From contig JBDRBE010000002.1 in assembly GCA_043823085.1 (NCBI GenBank), forward strand, positions 19,312 through 83,311: a DNA stretch of 64,000 bases, in the 5' to 3' direction. This document shows, one piece after another, positions 44,697-54,080 of the stretch. Made by a program: the position numbers and the translations under genes. Every line of letters starts with the position of its first letter. Within the stretch, counting starts at the first letter, position 1. This stretch comes from Candidatus Levyibacteriota bacterium (GTDB taxonomy: Bacteria > Patescibacteriota > Microgenomatia > Levybacterales > UBA12049). The notes beneath the pieces were generated by a model. It was not told where the DNA came from and did no database searches. It saw nothing but the letters and a program-made list of their open reading frames with translations.

Positions 44697-47545
44697 CCAA
44701 ATATCTCCTTTATCGGTTTTTGCCAGGATTTTTTTAGATTATCAATACCAACTTTAAAAAGATTTTTAACTTCGATTTCATTTTTCTTTTGCGTTTTTCC
44801 AAGTGCAACAAATGGAATATTTTTAAATAATTTTTTGGCAATGGTTTCATTCTCTACTTCAACAACAAAACACCCGGCTGTTTCATTAAATAAAAAATTA
44901 TCAGCCCCTTCTTTTTTAGGAAGATTAATAATAGTGCCAAGATTTCCTCCAACACACATTTCAAAAATGGTCGTTAATAACCCTCCTTCGCTTACGTCAT
45001 GACAGGAGAGAATTTCTCCTTTTTTGATCCCGTTATAAATTGCATCAAGTGTTTTTGGGAGTTGTTTAAGGTTTACGTAGGGAATTGTTGTGTTACTGAA
45101 TTGTTTCATTACATCAAAATACACGGAGCCGCCCATTCCTTCAAAATCCATTTTTCCAACAAGACACAAAACAGAATTTTCTTTTTTAAAATCAGATGTT
45201 ACTGTTTTTGCAACATCCGGTATTTTTCCAAAAACAGAAATACAAAGAACAGGCGGAATTTTGATAACTTTTCCATCCTTTCCCCGGTAGGTCGAAGATA
45301 AACTATCTTTACCAGAAACCACTGGAATTTTTAGTGCTTTCATAAAGTCGCAAACTGCATCAACCGATTTATCCAAGAACCAAAGAGATTCTTCGTTGGG
45401 AAAAGGCCAAATATAATTATTAATCAGTGATGCATTTTTATAATCTCCGCCACAAGCAGTATAGTTTGAAATGGCTTCTGTTGCTGCCCAAATACTGCCC
45501 CAATAAGAGTCAATATTATTTAAAACAGGATTTAAGCCGTGTGAAATAACCATTCCATATTTTTTGTTTAATAACGGTCGAAGCACAACTGCGTCGTTTG
45601 GTCCGTCTTTAAAGACACCGGAAAATGGCTGGAGAGAATTTGTTCCCATAACAGAGTGATCATATAATCGTAAAATCGGTTCTTTGGAAGCGATATTTCC
45701 GCTTGAAAGAATTTTGCCCAAAACATTAGTCCATTCTTTCTGGTTTTTTGGTCCACCTCGGAGGTGGCCAAAGGACTCCTCCGAGGTGACTGAATAGGCT
45801 CCTCGGAGGCGATTTTGCTTTTTGGCTTTCATTGTTCTTTGCGGAAGACCATGATGAAGAAATTTCATTTCCAAATCGCAAACAATTTTTCCAAAATAGT
45901 AAATTTTAAGTTTTTTATTTTTTGTAAATTTTCCTAAAACCGAGGCTTTCACATTATATTTTTTAAATATTGCCATAATTTTTTTAAGATTTTTTTTATC
46001 GATTGCCAAAGTCATTCTTTCTTGGGATTCTGAAACCCAAATTTCCCAGGGATCAAGCCCTTGGTATTTCAATGGTGCTTTCTCAAGAAAAACTTCAACT
46101 CCGGTTAACTCTGCCATCTCACCGATTGCCGAAGAAAATCCTCCTGCGCCGCAATCTTGCATTACACGAATTAAATTTTTATCTCTAGCCTCAATAATTG
46201 CATCAAACATTCTTTTTTCTTCAATTGCATTTCCAATTTGGACAGCGGAAGAATTTACATTAATGGTTCTCTCGGTCATTTCTCCCGATGAAAACGTTGC
46301 CCCATGAATTCCGTCACGCCCTGTTTTTCCTCCGACGGCAATTACTAAATCGCCTGTTTTTGCCTGTCCTTTTTGGGCTTTATTTTTTGGAATTATCCCG
46401 TAGGCCCCGACAATAATTGTAGGTTTTGCTCTGAAATCATTGTGGAAATGAACAGAACCGTTATTGGTTGGGATACCCATTCTGTTTCCATAATCTTTAA
46501 CGCCTCGGACAACATTTTTTAAAAGATATAATGGAGAAAGACAGCCTTTGGGAAGCATTGAGAGATTCATATCGGGTTTTGCAAAACAAAAAATATCGGT
46601 TGAAGCAATTGTTTTTGCGCCAAGGCCTGTGCCTAAAATATCGCGAAAAACGCCGCCAGAGCCTGTCATGGCTCCACCATATGGTTCAATGGCAGATGGG
46701 GCGTTGTGGGTTTCCACTTTGCCGCAAATTCCAAAATCGTCATAAAAATCCATAACTCCTGAATTATCAATAAATGCCGAAACAATATTTTTTTTATGCT
46801 TGAGCGCCTCTTTTTTAATTCTTGAGATTAGCGGGTTTTTTTGTTTTTCGTCAACAATTAATTTTGCTTTAAAAGTTTTATGGGCGCAATGTTCACTCCA
46901 TGTTTGGGCAATTGTTTCAAGTTCTAAGTCAGTTGGATTTCTTTTTATTTTTTTAAAATAATTTTGGATTAATTTCATCTCTTCTAAATTTAAAAATAAT
47001 TTATCTTTGGATAAACTTAAAAGTTTTTCATCGTTCATATTTTTAATATCAATAATTTGTGATTTGCCTTTTTGTCCGGTAATTAAAAGAGTGGTCGGTG
47101 ATTTTTTTAAGATTTGTTCAACGATTGGATTAAGTAAATTTAATTTTTTTACAATTTCTTCTCTTTCGTTTTCTTTTAATTTCCCAAAAAAAGCGTATTC
47201 CTTGCTTGAATCGCAAGCCTTAACTTTTATTCCAATATCAGACGCGGCTTTTATAATTGAGGCTGATTCTGGATTCATAACCCCGGGCTTATAAGCAATT
47301 TCTAAAAAAGAGGCGTTGTCATCCAACAGAGGTTTATTGATAGAATAGATTTGATTAATAGATTCACATAAAAGTTTTTCGGCCAGAATTTTTGCCTGAC
47401 TTTTAGTTATGCCTTCCAATAGATAAACCTTAGTAGTTTTAACGTTATTAACAGACACATTGTTTAACAAATGTTTTATGTCATGAAGTATTCCTTGACC
47501 TTGAAGGTCAAATCCTTTTGTACGAACCCTAATTATTTGAATCAT
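44693..47545 (-). CDS. purL: FGAM synthase large subunit with N-terminal PurS-like domain (purS-purL fusion)
   Basis: 950 aa. PurS-like first ~80 aa, then duplicated PurM-like AIRS/AIRS_C domains. Contains an in-frame palindromic triple repeat. Confidence 0.85.
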   Translation of the reverse strand: MIQIIRVRTKGFDLQGQGILHDIKHLLNNVSVNNVKTTKVYLLEGITKSQAKILAEKLLCESINQIYSINKPLLDDNASFLEIAYKPGVMNPESASIIKAASDIGIKVKACDSSKEYAFFGKLKENEREEIVKKLNLLNPIVEQILKKSPTTLLITGQKGKSQIIDIKNMNDEKLLSLSKDKLFLNLEEMKLIQNYFKKIKRNPTDLELETIAQTWSEHCAHKTFKAKLIVDEKQKNPLISRIKKEALKHKKNIVSAFIDNSGVMDFYDDFGICGKVETHNAPSAIEPYGGAMTGSGGVFRDILGTGLGAKTIASTDIFCFAKPDMNLSMLPKGCLSPLYLLKNVVRGVKDYGNRMGIPTNNGSVHFHNDFRAKPTIIVGAYGIIPKNKAQKGQAKTGDLVIAVGGKTGRDGIHGATFSSGEMTERTINVNSSAVQIGNAIEEKRMFDAIIEARDKNLIRVMQDCGAGGFSSAIGEMAELTGVEVFLEKAPLKYQGLDPWEIWVSESQERMTLAIDKKNLKKIMAIFKKYNVKASVLGKFTKNKKLKIYYFGKIVCDLEMKFLHHGLPQRTMKAKKQNRLRGAYSVTSEESFGHLRGGPKNQKEWTNVLGKILSSGNIASKEPILRLYDHSVMGTNSLQPFSGVFKDGPNDAVVLRPLLNKKYGMVISHGLNPVLNNIDSYWGSIWAATEAISNYTACGGDYKNASLINNYIWPFPNEESLWFLDKSVDAVCDFMKALKIPVVSGKDSLSSTYRGKDGKVIKIPPVLCISVFGKIPDVAKTVTSDFKKENSVLCLVGKMDFEGMGGSVYFDVMKQFSNTTIPYVNLKQLPKTLDAIYNGIKKGEILSCHDVSEGGLLTTIFEMCVGGNLGTIINLPKKEGADNFLFNETAGCFVVEVENETIAKKLFKNIPFVALGKTQKKNEIEVKNLFKVGIDNLKKSWQKPIKEIFG
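45750..45815. repeat. three copies of the 9-mer palindrome CCTCGGAGG/CCTCCGAGG within purL (in-frame insertion)
   Basis: ccacctcggaggtgg (45753-45767), ctcctccgaggtgac (45776-45790), ctcctcggaggcga (45800-45813). Encodes RLRGAYSVTSEESFGHLRGG. GC-rich island in an AT-rich gene. Related core to the 24-nt hairpin (cacctcgggggtg). Confidence 0.7.
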
Positions 47546-47558
47546 AGATCTCTCCGCG

Positions 47559-48893
47559 TCAAACGCGGCTGCTTCGTTCTACTTCGCGCCATCCAATATC
47601 TGTTCTATAATGGAGATTATCTCCTTCGATATGAATCATGGATATGGCCGCGTAAGCTTTTTTTCTTGCCTCGATAATATCTTTACCCTCAGCTACTAAA
47701 TGAAAAATTCTTCCGCCATTTGCAAAAAATCTTTTTCCTTTTCTTTTAATTCCGGCTCCAAAAACCTTAACTTTTGGGAGTTTCATCACATCATTTAGTC
47801 CAAAAATTTCCTTACCTTTAACAGCGGAATAATCGCCTGGGTATCCGCGAGAACATCCAGCCACACTCAATCGTACTTTATTATCGGTTTTTATTGTTAA
47901 ATTGTTTAATTGTTTCATTATTGTGGCCTCAACAATCTTTAGATAATCAGTTTTTATGCCGGGTAAAATAACCTCTGCTTCCGGATCTCCCCAGCGAGAA
48001 TTAAACTCGATAATTTTTACGCCTCCGCCAGTCGGCGGATTTGTTAAAATTCCTCCAACATACAGAATTCCTTTATAAGTTCTTCCTTCTTTTTTCATGC
48101 CGTTAATTGTCGGTTTGATAATTTTTGTCTCGATTTCTCTAAGAAGTTTTTGTGTAATGGCGTTTGTTGGGCAAACACATCCAATACCTCCAGTGTTTGG
48201 TCCTTGGTCGCCGTTATAGATGGTTTTGTGGTCTTGCGATGATTTCGTGATAATGTAATTTTCTCCATCGCAAATTACAAAAAGAGTGAATTCCTCGCCT
48301 ATTAATCCTTCTTCGATAAGAAATGTTTTTCCGGATTTGCCAAATTTATTCATTGCAAAAATTGCTTGTTTTGCTTCTTGTTTATTTTCTGCGCGAATAA
48401 CTCCTTTGCCAAGTGCAAGGCCTGATGCTTTTATGAAGAAAAGCTGATCGGGAAGTTTATTAACATATCCAATCGCTTTTTTTTGATCTGTGAATGACTC
48501 GAATTGGGGTATAGGAAGTTTGTATTTTACCATAAAATTTCTAGACCAGTTCTTGTCCCATTCAAGCTGCGAAGCTTTTTGTGTTGGCCCAAATGCTGTT
48601 ATTCCTAACTTTTCTAATTTATCGACATAACCTGCTGCAATTACATCGTCTTGTGCAACATCAACTAAATCAATTTTTTCTTTTTTGCAGACAGCAACAA
48701 TTTTATCAAAGTCCATCATTCCTACATCCGGATAATTTTTGATTTTTCCTGCCTTGCCGGCAGGCAGGTTATTTTCAAAATCTGTTAGACCATTACCTGG
48801 GACCATTATTACTTTTCTAGCCTTTTTACTTTTTGCGTAGGAAGACGCTAGCGCATGTTCGCGACCGTTTGATCCAATTACTAAAATATTCAT
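47559..48893 (-). CDS. purD: phosphoribosylamine--glycine ligase
   Basis: MNILVIGSNGREHALA N-terminus, ATP-grasp architecture, 444 aa. Confidence 0.9.
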   Translation of the reverse strand: MNILVIGSNGREHALASSYAKSKKARKVIMVPGNGLTDFENNLPAGKAGKIKNYPDVGMMDFDKIVAVCKKEKIDLVDVAQDDVIAAGYVDKLEKLGITAFGPTQKASQLEWDKNWSRNFMVKYKLPIPQFESFTDQKKAIGYVNKLPDQLFFIKASGLALGKGVIRAENKQEAKQAIFAMNKFGKSGKTFLIEEGLIGEEFTLFVICDGENYIITKSSQDHKTIYNGDQGPNTGGIGCVCPTNAITQKLLREIETKIIKPTINGMKKEGRTYKGILYVGGILTNPPTGGGVKIIEFNSRWGDPEAEVILPGIKTDYLKIVEATIMKQLNNLTIKTDNKVRLSVAGCSRGYPGDYSAVKGKEIFGLNDVMKLPKVKVFGAGIKRKGKRFFANGGRIFHLVAEGKDIIEARKKAYAAISMIHIEGDNLHYRTDIGWREVERSSRV

Positions 48894-48926
48894 ATCATGT
48901 TTTTAAAATGGGCAGGGGACAGATTT

Positions 48927-50372
48927 CTAACATTTGGAAAAATTCTCTTCGACAGGAATTTTATATCTTCCGGTTAAACAGGCGATACAATAAGGTGTTT
49001 GATGAATATCAAAATTTTTTGTTTTTGCTAAAGTTATTCCGGCCGCTTCCAAAAGACCAGGTATCGAAAGATAGGAAAGGGAGTCCACTCCTAAAAAGTC
49101 TTTTATTTTTTTAACGTCAACAATTTGTTTTTTTTGTTTCATTTGCATGCGGCCCGCAATCAACTCTTTTTTTGTCGGTGTATCAATACCATAAAAACAA
49201 GGACTGGTTATTGGCGGGCAAGCGACGCGAAGATGAACTTCTTTTGCACCGTTATTTTTTAGAAGCGTAATAAATCCCCGCATGGTTGTTCCTCGGACAA
49301 TTGAGTCGTCGATAACGACAACTTTTTTCCCTTTTAAATTCTCTCTCAAAGGCCCAAATTTAATTTTTATGCCGAGTTCTCTTAAGCGCTGGTCAGGTTG
49401 AATAAATGTTCGGCCAAGATATCGGTTTTTAATAACACCTTCATTAAATGGAATTTTTGATTTTTCGGCAAAAGCAATGGCCGCAGTTGTTCCGGAATCT
49501 GGTATGGGCATAACGATATCTGCTTTAACTGGCGCTTCCTTTGCTAAAATTTCACCGCATCTTTTTCTAACTTTTACAACCGGTTGATTATTAAAATTTG
49601 AGTCCGGTCTGGCAAAATAAACATATTCAAAAATACAAAAAGCTCTATCCTTAACCTTTTGACGATAAAAACTTTTAGGACCATTTTTATCAATTATTAC
49701 CGCTTCGCCCGGATCAATCTCTCTGATAAATTCGGCTCCAATCCCAGAAAAAATACAGTCTTCAGAAGAAAGAACCCATCCGCCATTTAATTTACCAAGA
49801 ACCAAAGGCCTCACTCCGTAAGGATCGCGGATGCCAAAAAGTAAATCTCTTGTGGCAATGACTAAACTATATGCGCCGCGCACCTGCGGCAATACTTCAT
49901 CAAAACGTTTCTCCCAATATTCTTCTCTGCTTTCTAAAAGGAGTGCCCCAATTACTTCTGTATCGGATGTTGAATTAAGTTTAATTTTTTTAACTTTTGC
50001 TTTTAGCTCTTTTGTATTTACAATGTTTCCGTTATGAGCAATTAAAATTTGCCGGCCCTCTTTTTTTAAGAGGAAAGGTTGGGCGTTGCAAATAAGGGAG
50101 GAGCCGGATGTTGAATAGCGGTTGTGTCCGACTGCCAAAATACCATTCCCAAGTCCAGTAATATCTTTATCGTTTTTAAAAACATCTCGGACAAGACCCA
50201 TGCCGCGTCTGATTTTAAATCTTTTGCCGTTGCTGACTGCAATTCCTGAACTTTCCTGTCCGCGATGCTGAAGTCCGTAAAGCGCGTAATAACTAATGCG
50301 TGCTACATCAAGACTGTTAATGAGCGGGTCATAAATTCCAAAAACCGCGCACTTATCTTTTAATTTGTCCAT
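48927..50372 (-). CDS. purF: amidophosphoribosyltransferase
   Basis: N-terminal nucleophile Cys after a short propeptide (KCAVFGIY). Ntn GATase plus PRTase domain. 481 aa. Confidence 0.9.
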   Translation of the reverse strand: MDKLKDKCAVFGIYDPLINSLDVARISYYALYGLQHRGQESSGIAVSNGKRFKIRRGMGLVRDVFKNDKDITGLGNGILAVGHNRYSTSGSSLICNAQPFLLKKEGRQILIAHNGNIVNTKELKAKVKKIKLNSTSDTEVIGALLLESREEYWEKRFDEVLPQVRGAYSLVIATRDLLFGIRDPYGVRPLVLGKLNGGWVLSSEDCIFSGIGAEFIREIDPGEAVIIDKNGPKSFYRQKVKDRAFCIFEYVYFARPDSNFNNQPVVKVRKRCGEILAKEAPVKADIVMPIPDSGTTAAIAFAEKSKIPFNEGVIKNRYLGRTFIQPDQRLRELGIKIKFGPLRENLKGKKVVVIDDSIVRGTTMRGFITLLKNNGAKEVHLRVACPPITSPCFYGIDTPTKKELIAGRMQMKQKKQIVDVKKIKDFLGVDSLSYLSIPGLLEAAGITLAKTKNFDIHQTPYCIACLTGRYKIPVEENFSKC

Positions 50373-51334
50373 ATAGAATTTAAGTTATTTTTTATTCTCT
50401 GCAGTATAGATGTTGACGTGTCGACTCTAAATTTTTTGCCGGTTATTTTTTCATAAATTGCCTGATACCTTTGCGAAATTTTAACAACAAAATCATCCGG
50501 CATTTTTGGCGGTTTCCCATCGCCCGAATAACCTTTTTCTTTAAACCAAATTCTCATAAATTCTTTATCGAAATTTTCCGGCTCAACGCCTTCGGAGAAT
50601 CTCTTTTTATATGTTTTTTTAATCCAAAAGCGGGAAGAATCAGGAGTATGAACTTCATCAATTAATATTAATTGTCCATTTTCATCAAGACCAAACTCAT
50701 ATTTTGTATCAACCAAAATTATTCCGCCTTTACTGCAAATTTTTGTCCCTCTCTCAAAAAGTAAAAGCGCGGCTTTTTTCATTTGCCGCCAAATCTTTTC
50801 CGGAACAATTCTTCTCTGAAGAATTTCTTCTTCAGTTAAGCGCTGGTCATGTCCAGTCTCGGCTTTTGTTGTTGGTGTAACAACTGGTTTTTTAAGTTTT
50901 TGATTTTTTTTCAACCTCTCAGGAAATTTAATGCCATAAATTGTCCGTTCCCCTTTTTCATAAGCACTCCAAATAGAGGTAGAAGTAACGCCGCTAATAA
51001 AACCACGAACAACCATCTCAATTGGTATTAGCTTGCAGTTTTTAACTACCATGACATTTGGGTCAGGGGACAAAATAAAATGATTTTGGATAATGTCTTT
51101 TGTTTTGTTAAACCAAAATTCGGAAAGTTTGGTTAAAACTTGTCCTTTAAATGGAATAAGGCCAAGTACTCTATCAAAAGCTGATTGGCGGTCAGTGGTG
51201 ATAATAATTCTTTTATTTTTTAGAATATAGGAGTCTCTGACTTTACCGCTATGTTTTTTCCCAAATTTCTTTGGTAAATTTATTGTGGAAAGGGTATGCG
51301 AAATATTTTTGATAATTTCAATTTTACTTATCAT
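50360..51334 (-). CDS. purC: SAICAR synthetase (long type)
   Basis: SAICAR_synt family features, 324 aa, located in the pur operon. Confidence 0.8.
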   Translation of the reverse strand: MISKIEIIKNISHTLSTINLPKKFGKKHSGKVRDSYILKNKRIIITTDRQSAFDRVLGLIPFKGQVLTKLSEFWFNKTKDIIQNHFILSPDPNVMVVKNCKLIPIEMVVRGFISGVTSTSIWSAYEKGERTIYGIKFPERLKKNQKLKKPVVTPTTKAETGHDQRLTEEEILQRRIVPEKIWRQMKKAALLLFERGTKICSKGGIILVDTKYEFGLDENGQLILIDEVHTPDSSRFWIKKTYKKRFSEGVEPENFDKEFMRIWFKEKGYSGDGKPPKMPDDFVVKISQRYQAIYEKITGKKFRVDTSTSILQRIKNNLNSIWTN

Positions 51335-51819
51335 TTCCCCAAGTTTTTTGCTTTTTCTTCCACTTGTTTTGCAAGTATTTTTTTATATTCTAAAAGTTTT
51401 TTTTCTAAATTTTTGTCGGATGTTGCCAAAATCTGAACAGCCAAAAGTCCGGCATTTTTTGCATTATCAATTCCAACTGTGGCAACTGGAACGCCTGGAG
51501 GCATTTGAACAGTTGAATAAAGAGCATCAACACCATTTAAAGCACCGTTTTTTATTGGAACGCCAATAACCGGTAGCGGAAAATGCGAAGCGCAAACTCC
51601 AGCCAAATGAGCAGCAAGGCCTGCTGATGCAATAATTGTTTTTACTCCGTTTTTTAAACAATCTTTAACATAACTTTCGGTACGTGCCGGAGATCTATGT
51701 GCAGAGGAAATTGTCATAGAATAATCAACTTTAAACTCTTCTAAAACTTTTGCGGCATTGGACATAACAGGAAGATCAGAATCCGAGCCAAGAATAATTG
51801 CCACGAGCGTTTTTTTCAT
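51331..51819 (-). CDS. purE: N5-CAIR mutase / AIR carboxylase catalytic subunit
   Basis: ILGSDSDLPVM...ASAGLAAHLAGV, 162 aa. Confidence 0.9.
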   Translation of the reverse strand: MKKTLVAIILGSDSDLPVMSNAAKVLEEFKVDYSMTISSAHRSPARTESYVKDCLKNGVKTIIASAGLAAHLAGVCASHFPLPVIGVPIKNGALNGVDALYSTVQMPPGVPVATVGIDNAKNAGLLAVQILATSDKNLEKKLLEYKKILAKQVEEKAKNLGK

Positions 51820-53210
51820 CTTTTTTTAAGTTTTATTAAAAACCTTTTTACTCTTTCCTTTGCAATTCCGATGTGATCTTTTGGATTAAAAAAATCCTTA
51901 ACGCTTTCTTTTTGAATATATTTTAACACCCTTTTATCATTTGACAAGAGGTCAACAAGATTATTTTTATTGCCTTTTAATACTTCTTCCCAAGCAGACA
52001 TTGAATTTTCTCTAATTACTTCATGCACGTCTTGTCTATTTGCCCCTTTTTTAACCAACTCCATCAACAAGCTTTCCGTACAAGAGAAAACTCCATATTT
52101 TTTTAAATTTGTTTCAATCGCATCTTCAAAAATAACGAGATCTTTAATAAACTGGTTGGTTGTTCCTAAGCATTCGTTAATTGCCAAAAAACTCTCGGGA
52201 AGGAAAAACCGTCTGTTGGCGGAGTCATCAAGAGTTCTTTCCAAAAGGCTTAATGCAGGATTGCTCCACGCAGAACTCAACAAAGATGCGACATGCCGGC
52301 ATAATGAACAAACTTTTTCTGCCTTATCCGGATTTCTTTTAAAAGGCATAGCTGATGAACCGACTCTTTTTGAAGCTCTTGGTTCTGACCATTCACCAAA
52401 GTTAGGCGATTGCATAATTCTTAAGTCAAAGTTAAACTTATGAAGAGAAGCGGCAATATTAGATAAGGCAACAACAATAAAAAAATCTATTTTTCTTGGA
52501 TATGTTTGGCCCGAAACTTCAATTGACTCAAGATTTAAACGCTTCATTAAGTCTTCTTCTAATTTAAAAGCGGATAGATTTATATCGTTTAATAATTTTT
52601 GATAGCTTGCAGAGGTACCGACCGCCCCTTTTATCCCTTTGCCCTTAAGAAAAGATTCTATCTTTTCAATAAATTGCAAATCCCAAAGCAAGTCTTGTGC
52701 ATAAAATGCAAATCGATATGCTAGTGTTGTTGGTTCGGCTGGCTGTAAGTGAGTATAGCCCATGCAAACAGTATTTTGATGCTTTTCTATCTGTTTGGCG
52801 AAATTATCTAAAAGTTCGGTCAATCCGGTTTTTATTATTATTAACGCTTCTTTTATTTGAATAATATCTGCATTATCAATAATGTCTGTTGATGTTGCGC
52901 CAAGATGTATTTTTCCGCCTCCTATTTTGCATTGCGAGGAATACACTTTTATCTCCGACATTAGGTCATGATATATTTCTTTTTCTATTTTATGCGCCTT
53001 TTCGATATCAATATCTTCCCGATGTCTTATTAAATCGTCCAATTCTTTTTTGCTGACAAGCCCTTTTTCATGCTGTACTCTTGCTAGTTCTACCCAGATT
53101 TTTCTCCAAAGTTTTCTTTTATGTACTTCTGAAAAGATTTGGCGCATTTTTGTAGAACCATACCGCCATGTGAATGGGGAAAGGTAAGTATCAAAATCGA
53201 ACTTAACCAT
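51816..53210 (-). CDS. purB: adenylosuccinate lyase
   Basis: Fumarate-lyase superfamily signature GSSAMPFKRNP, 464 aa. Confidence 0.9.
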   Translation of the reverse strand: MVKFDFDTYLSPFTWRYGSTKMRQIFSEVHKRKLWRKIWVELARVQHEKGLVSKKELDDLIRHREDIDIEKAHKIEKEIYHDLMSEIKVYSSQCKIGGGKIHLGATSTDIIDNADIIQIKEALIIIKTGLTELLDNFAKQIEKHQNTVCMGYTHLQPAEPTTLAYRFAFYAQDLLWDLQFIEKIESFLKGKGIKGAVGTSASYQKLLNDINLSAFKLEEDLMKRLNLESIEVSGQTYPRKIDFFIVVALSNIAASLHKFNFDLRIMQSPNFGEWSEPRASKRVGSSAMPFKRNPDKAEKVCSLCRHVASLLSSAWSNPALSLLERTLDDSANRRFFLPESFLAINECLGTTNQFIKDLVIFEDAIETNLKKYGVFSCTESLLMELVKKGANRQDVHEVIRENSMSAWEEVLKGNKNNLVDLLSNDKRVLKYIQKESVKDFFNPKDHIGIAKERVKRFLIKLKKR

Positions 53211-53266
53211 TGACCTATTATAGGGTACTTTTTAATAAAATACAATTGTGCATTTCATATTTTCAA

Positions 53267-54016
53267 TTACAGAATAAATTTATTGATTACATCGGCTAGG
53301 CCGTCTTCTTCAACCGATGGCGCAATATAGTCGGCAATTTCTTTTAAATCGGAAACAGCATTTCCCATGGCAACTCTTAGACCGCAGGCCATAAGAAGAG
53401 GAAAATCATTATAGCCGTCGCCAACACCGATAATCTCATGGGTTTGGATTTTTAATAATTCAGCAACTTTTAAAATTGCATACTGTTTTGTTGCAACCGC
53501 GTGAGATATTAAAAGTCCTTCTCTTCCTTTTTTCCAGTCAGGCGTTCTTTGAGCGGAAATATTTGGAAGATGATTGAGTTTTTTTAGTAACGAATTCATT
53601 TGAAAAGGACTCAATTCTAAAGAAACTACGTTGTAAATAGTTTGGATACTCTCCTGTTTTTTGTAAACATCAGTTCTCCCGTCATGAACAAAAAATGGAA
53701 TTTTTTCTTTTTTGAAAATTTGACAGATTTCCATAAAATCATTTTTTTCAATAAGCTTTTCCCATAAAATTTTTCCCGTGTCAAGATCGATAATTTGAGT
53801 GCCGCCGTTTATTATGGAAGGTCCCGAAAGCCGTAGGTGATCAAAAATATGAGAAAGTAAAAAGTAAGGGCGTGAACTGGCAATGCCGGTATGAAGAATT
53901 TTTCCGGCTTTTTTAAGAGCAATAGTTGTTTTAATGCTTGGAAAACCGTCTTTTTTATTAACAATAAGGGTTCCGTCAACATCAAAAATAAGGGCTTTAT
54001 ATTTTAATCTTTTCAT
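53267..54016 (-). CDS. HAD-superfamily Cof-type hydrolase
   Basis: Motif I ALIFDVDGTL. Motif IV GVGDGYNDFPL. Confidence 0.8.
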   Translation of the reverse strand: MKRLKYKALIFDVDGTLIVNKKDGFPSIKTTIALKKAGKILHTGIASSRPYFLLSHIFDHLRLSGPSIINGGTQIIDLDTGKILWEKLIEKNDFMEICQIFKKEKIPFFVHDGRTDVYKKQESIQTIYNVVSLELSPFQMNSLLKKLNHLPNISAQRTPDWKKGREGLLISHAVATKQYAILKVAELLKIQTHEIIGVGDGYNDFPLLMACGLRVAMGNAVSDLKEIADYIAPSVEEDGLADVINKFIL

Positions 54017-54080
54017 GCAAGTTGTATTTTATTCTTCAACGGTTTTAAAAACAAGGGTTAAGTGCTACAATTGACCCGTT

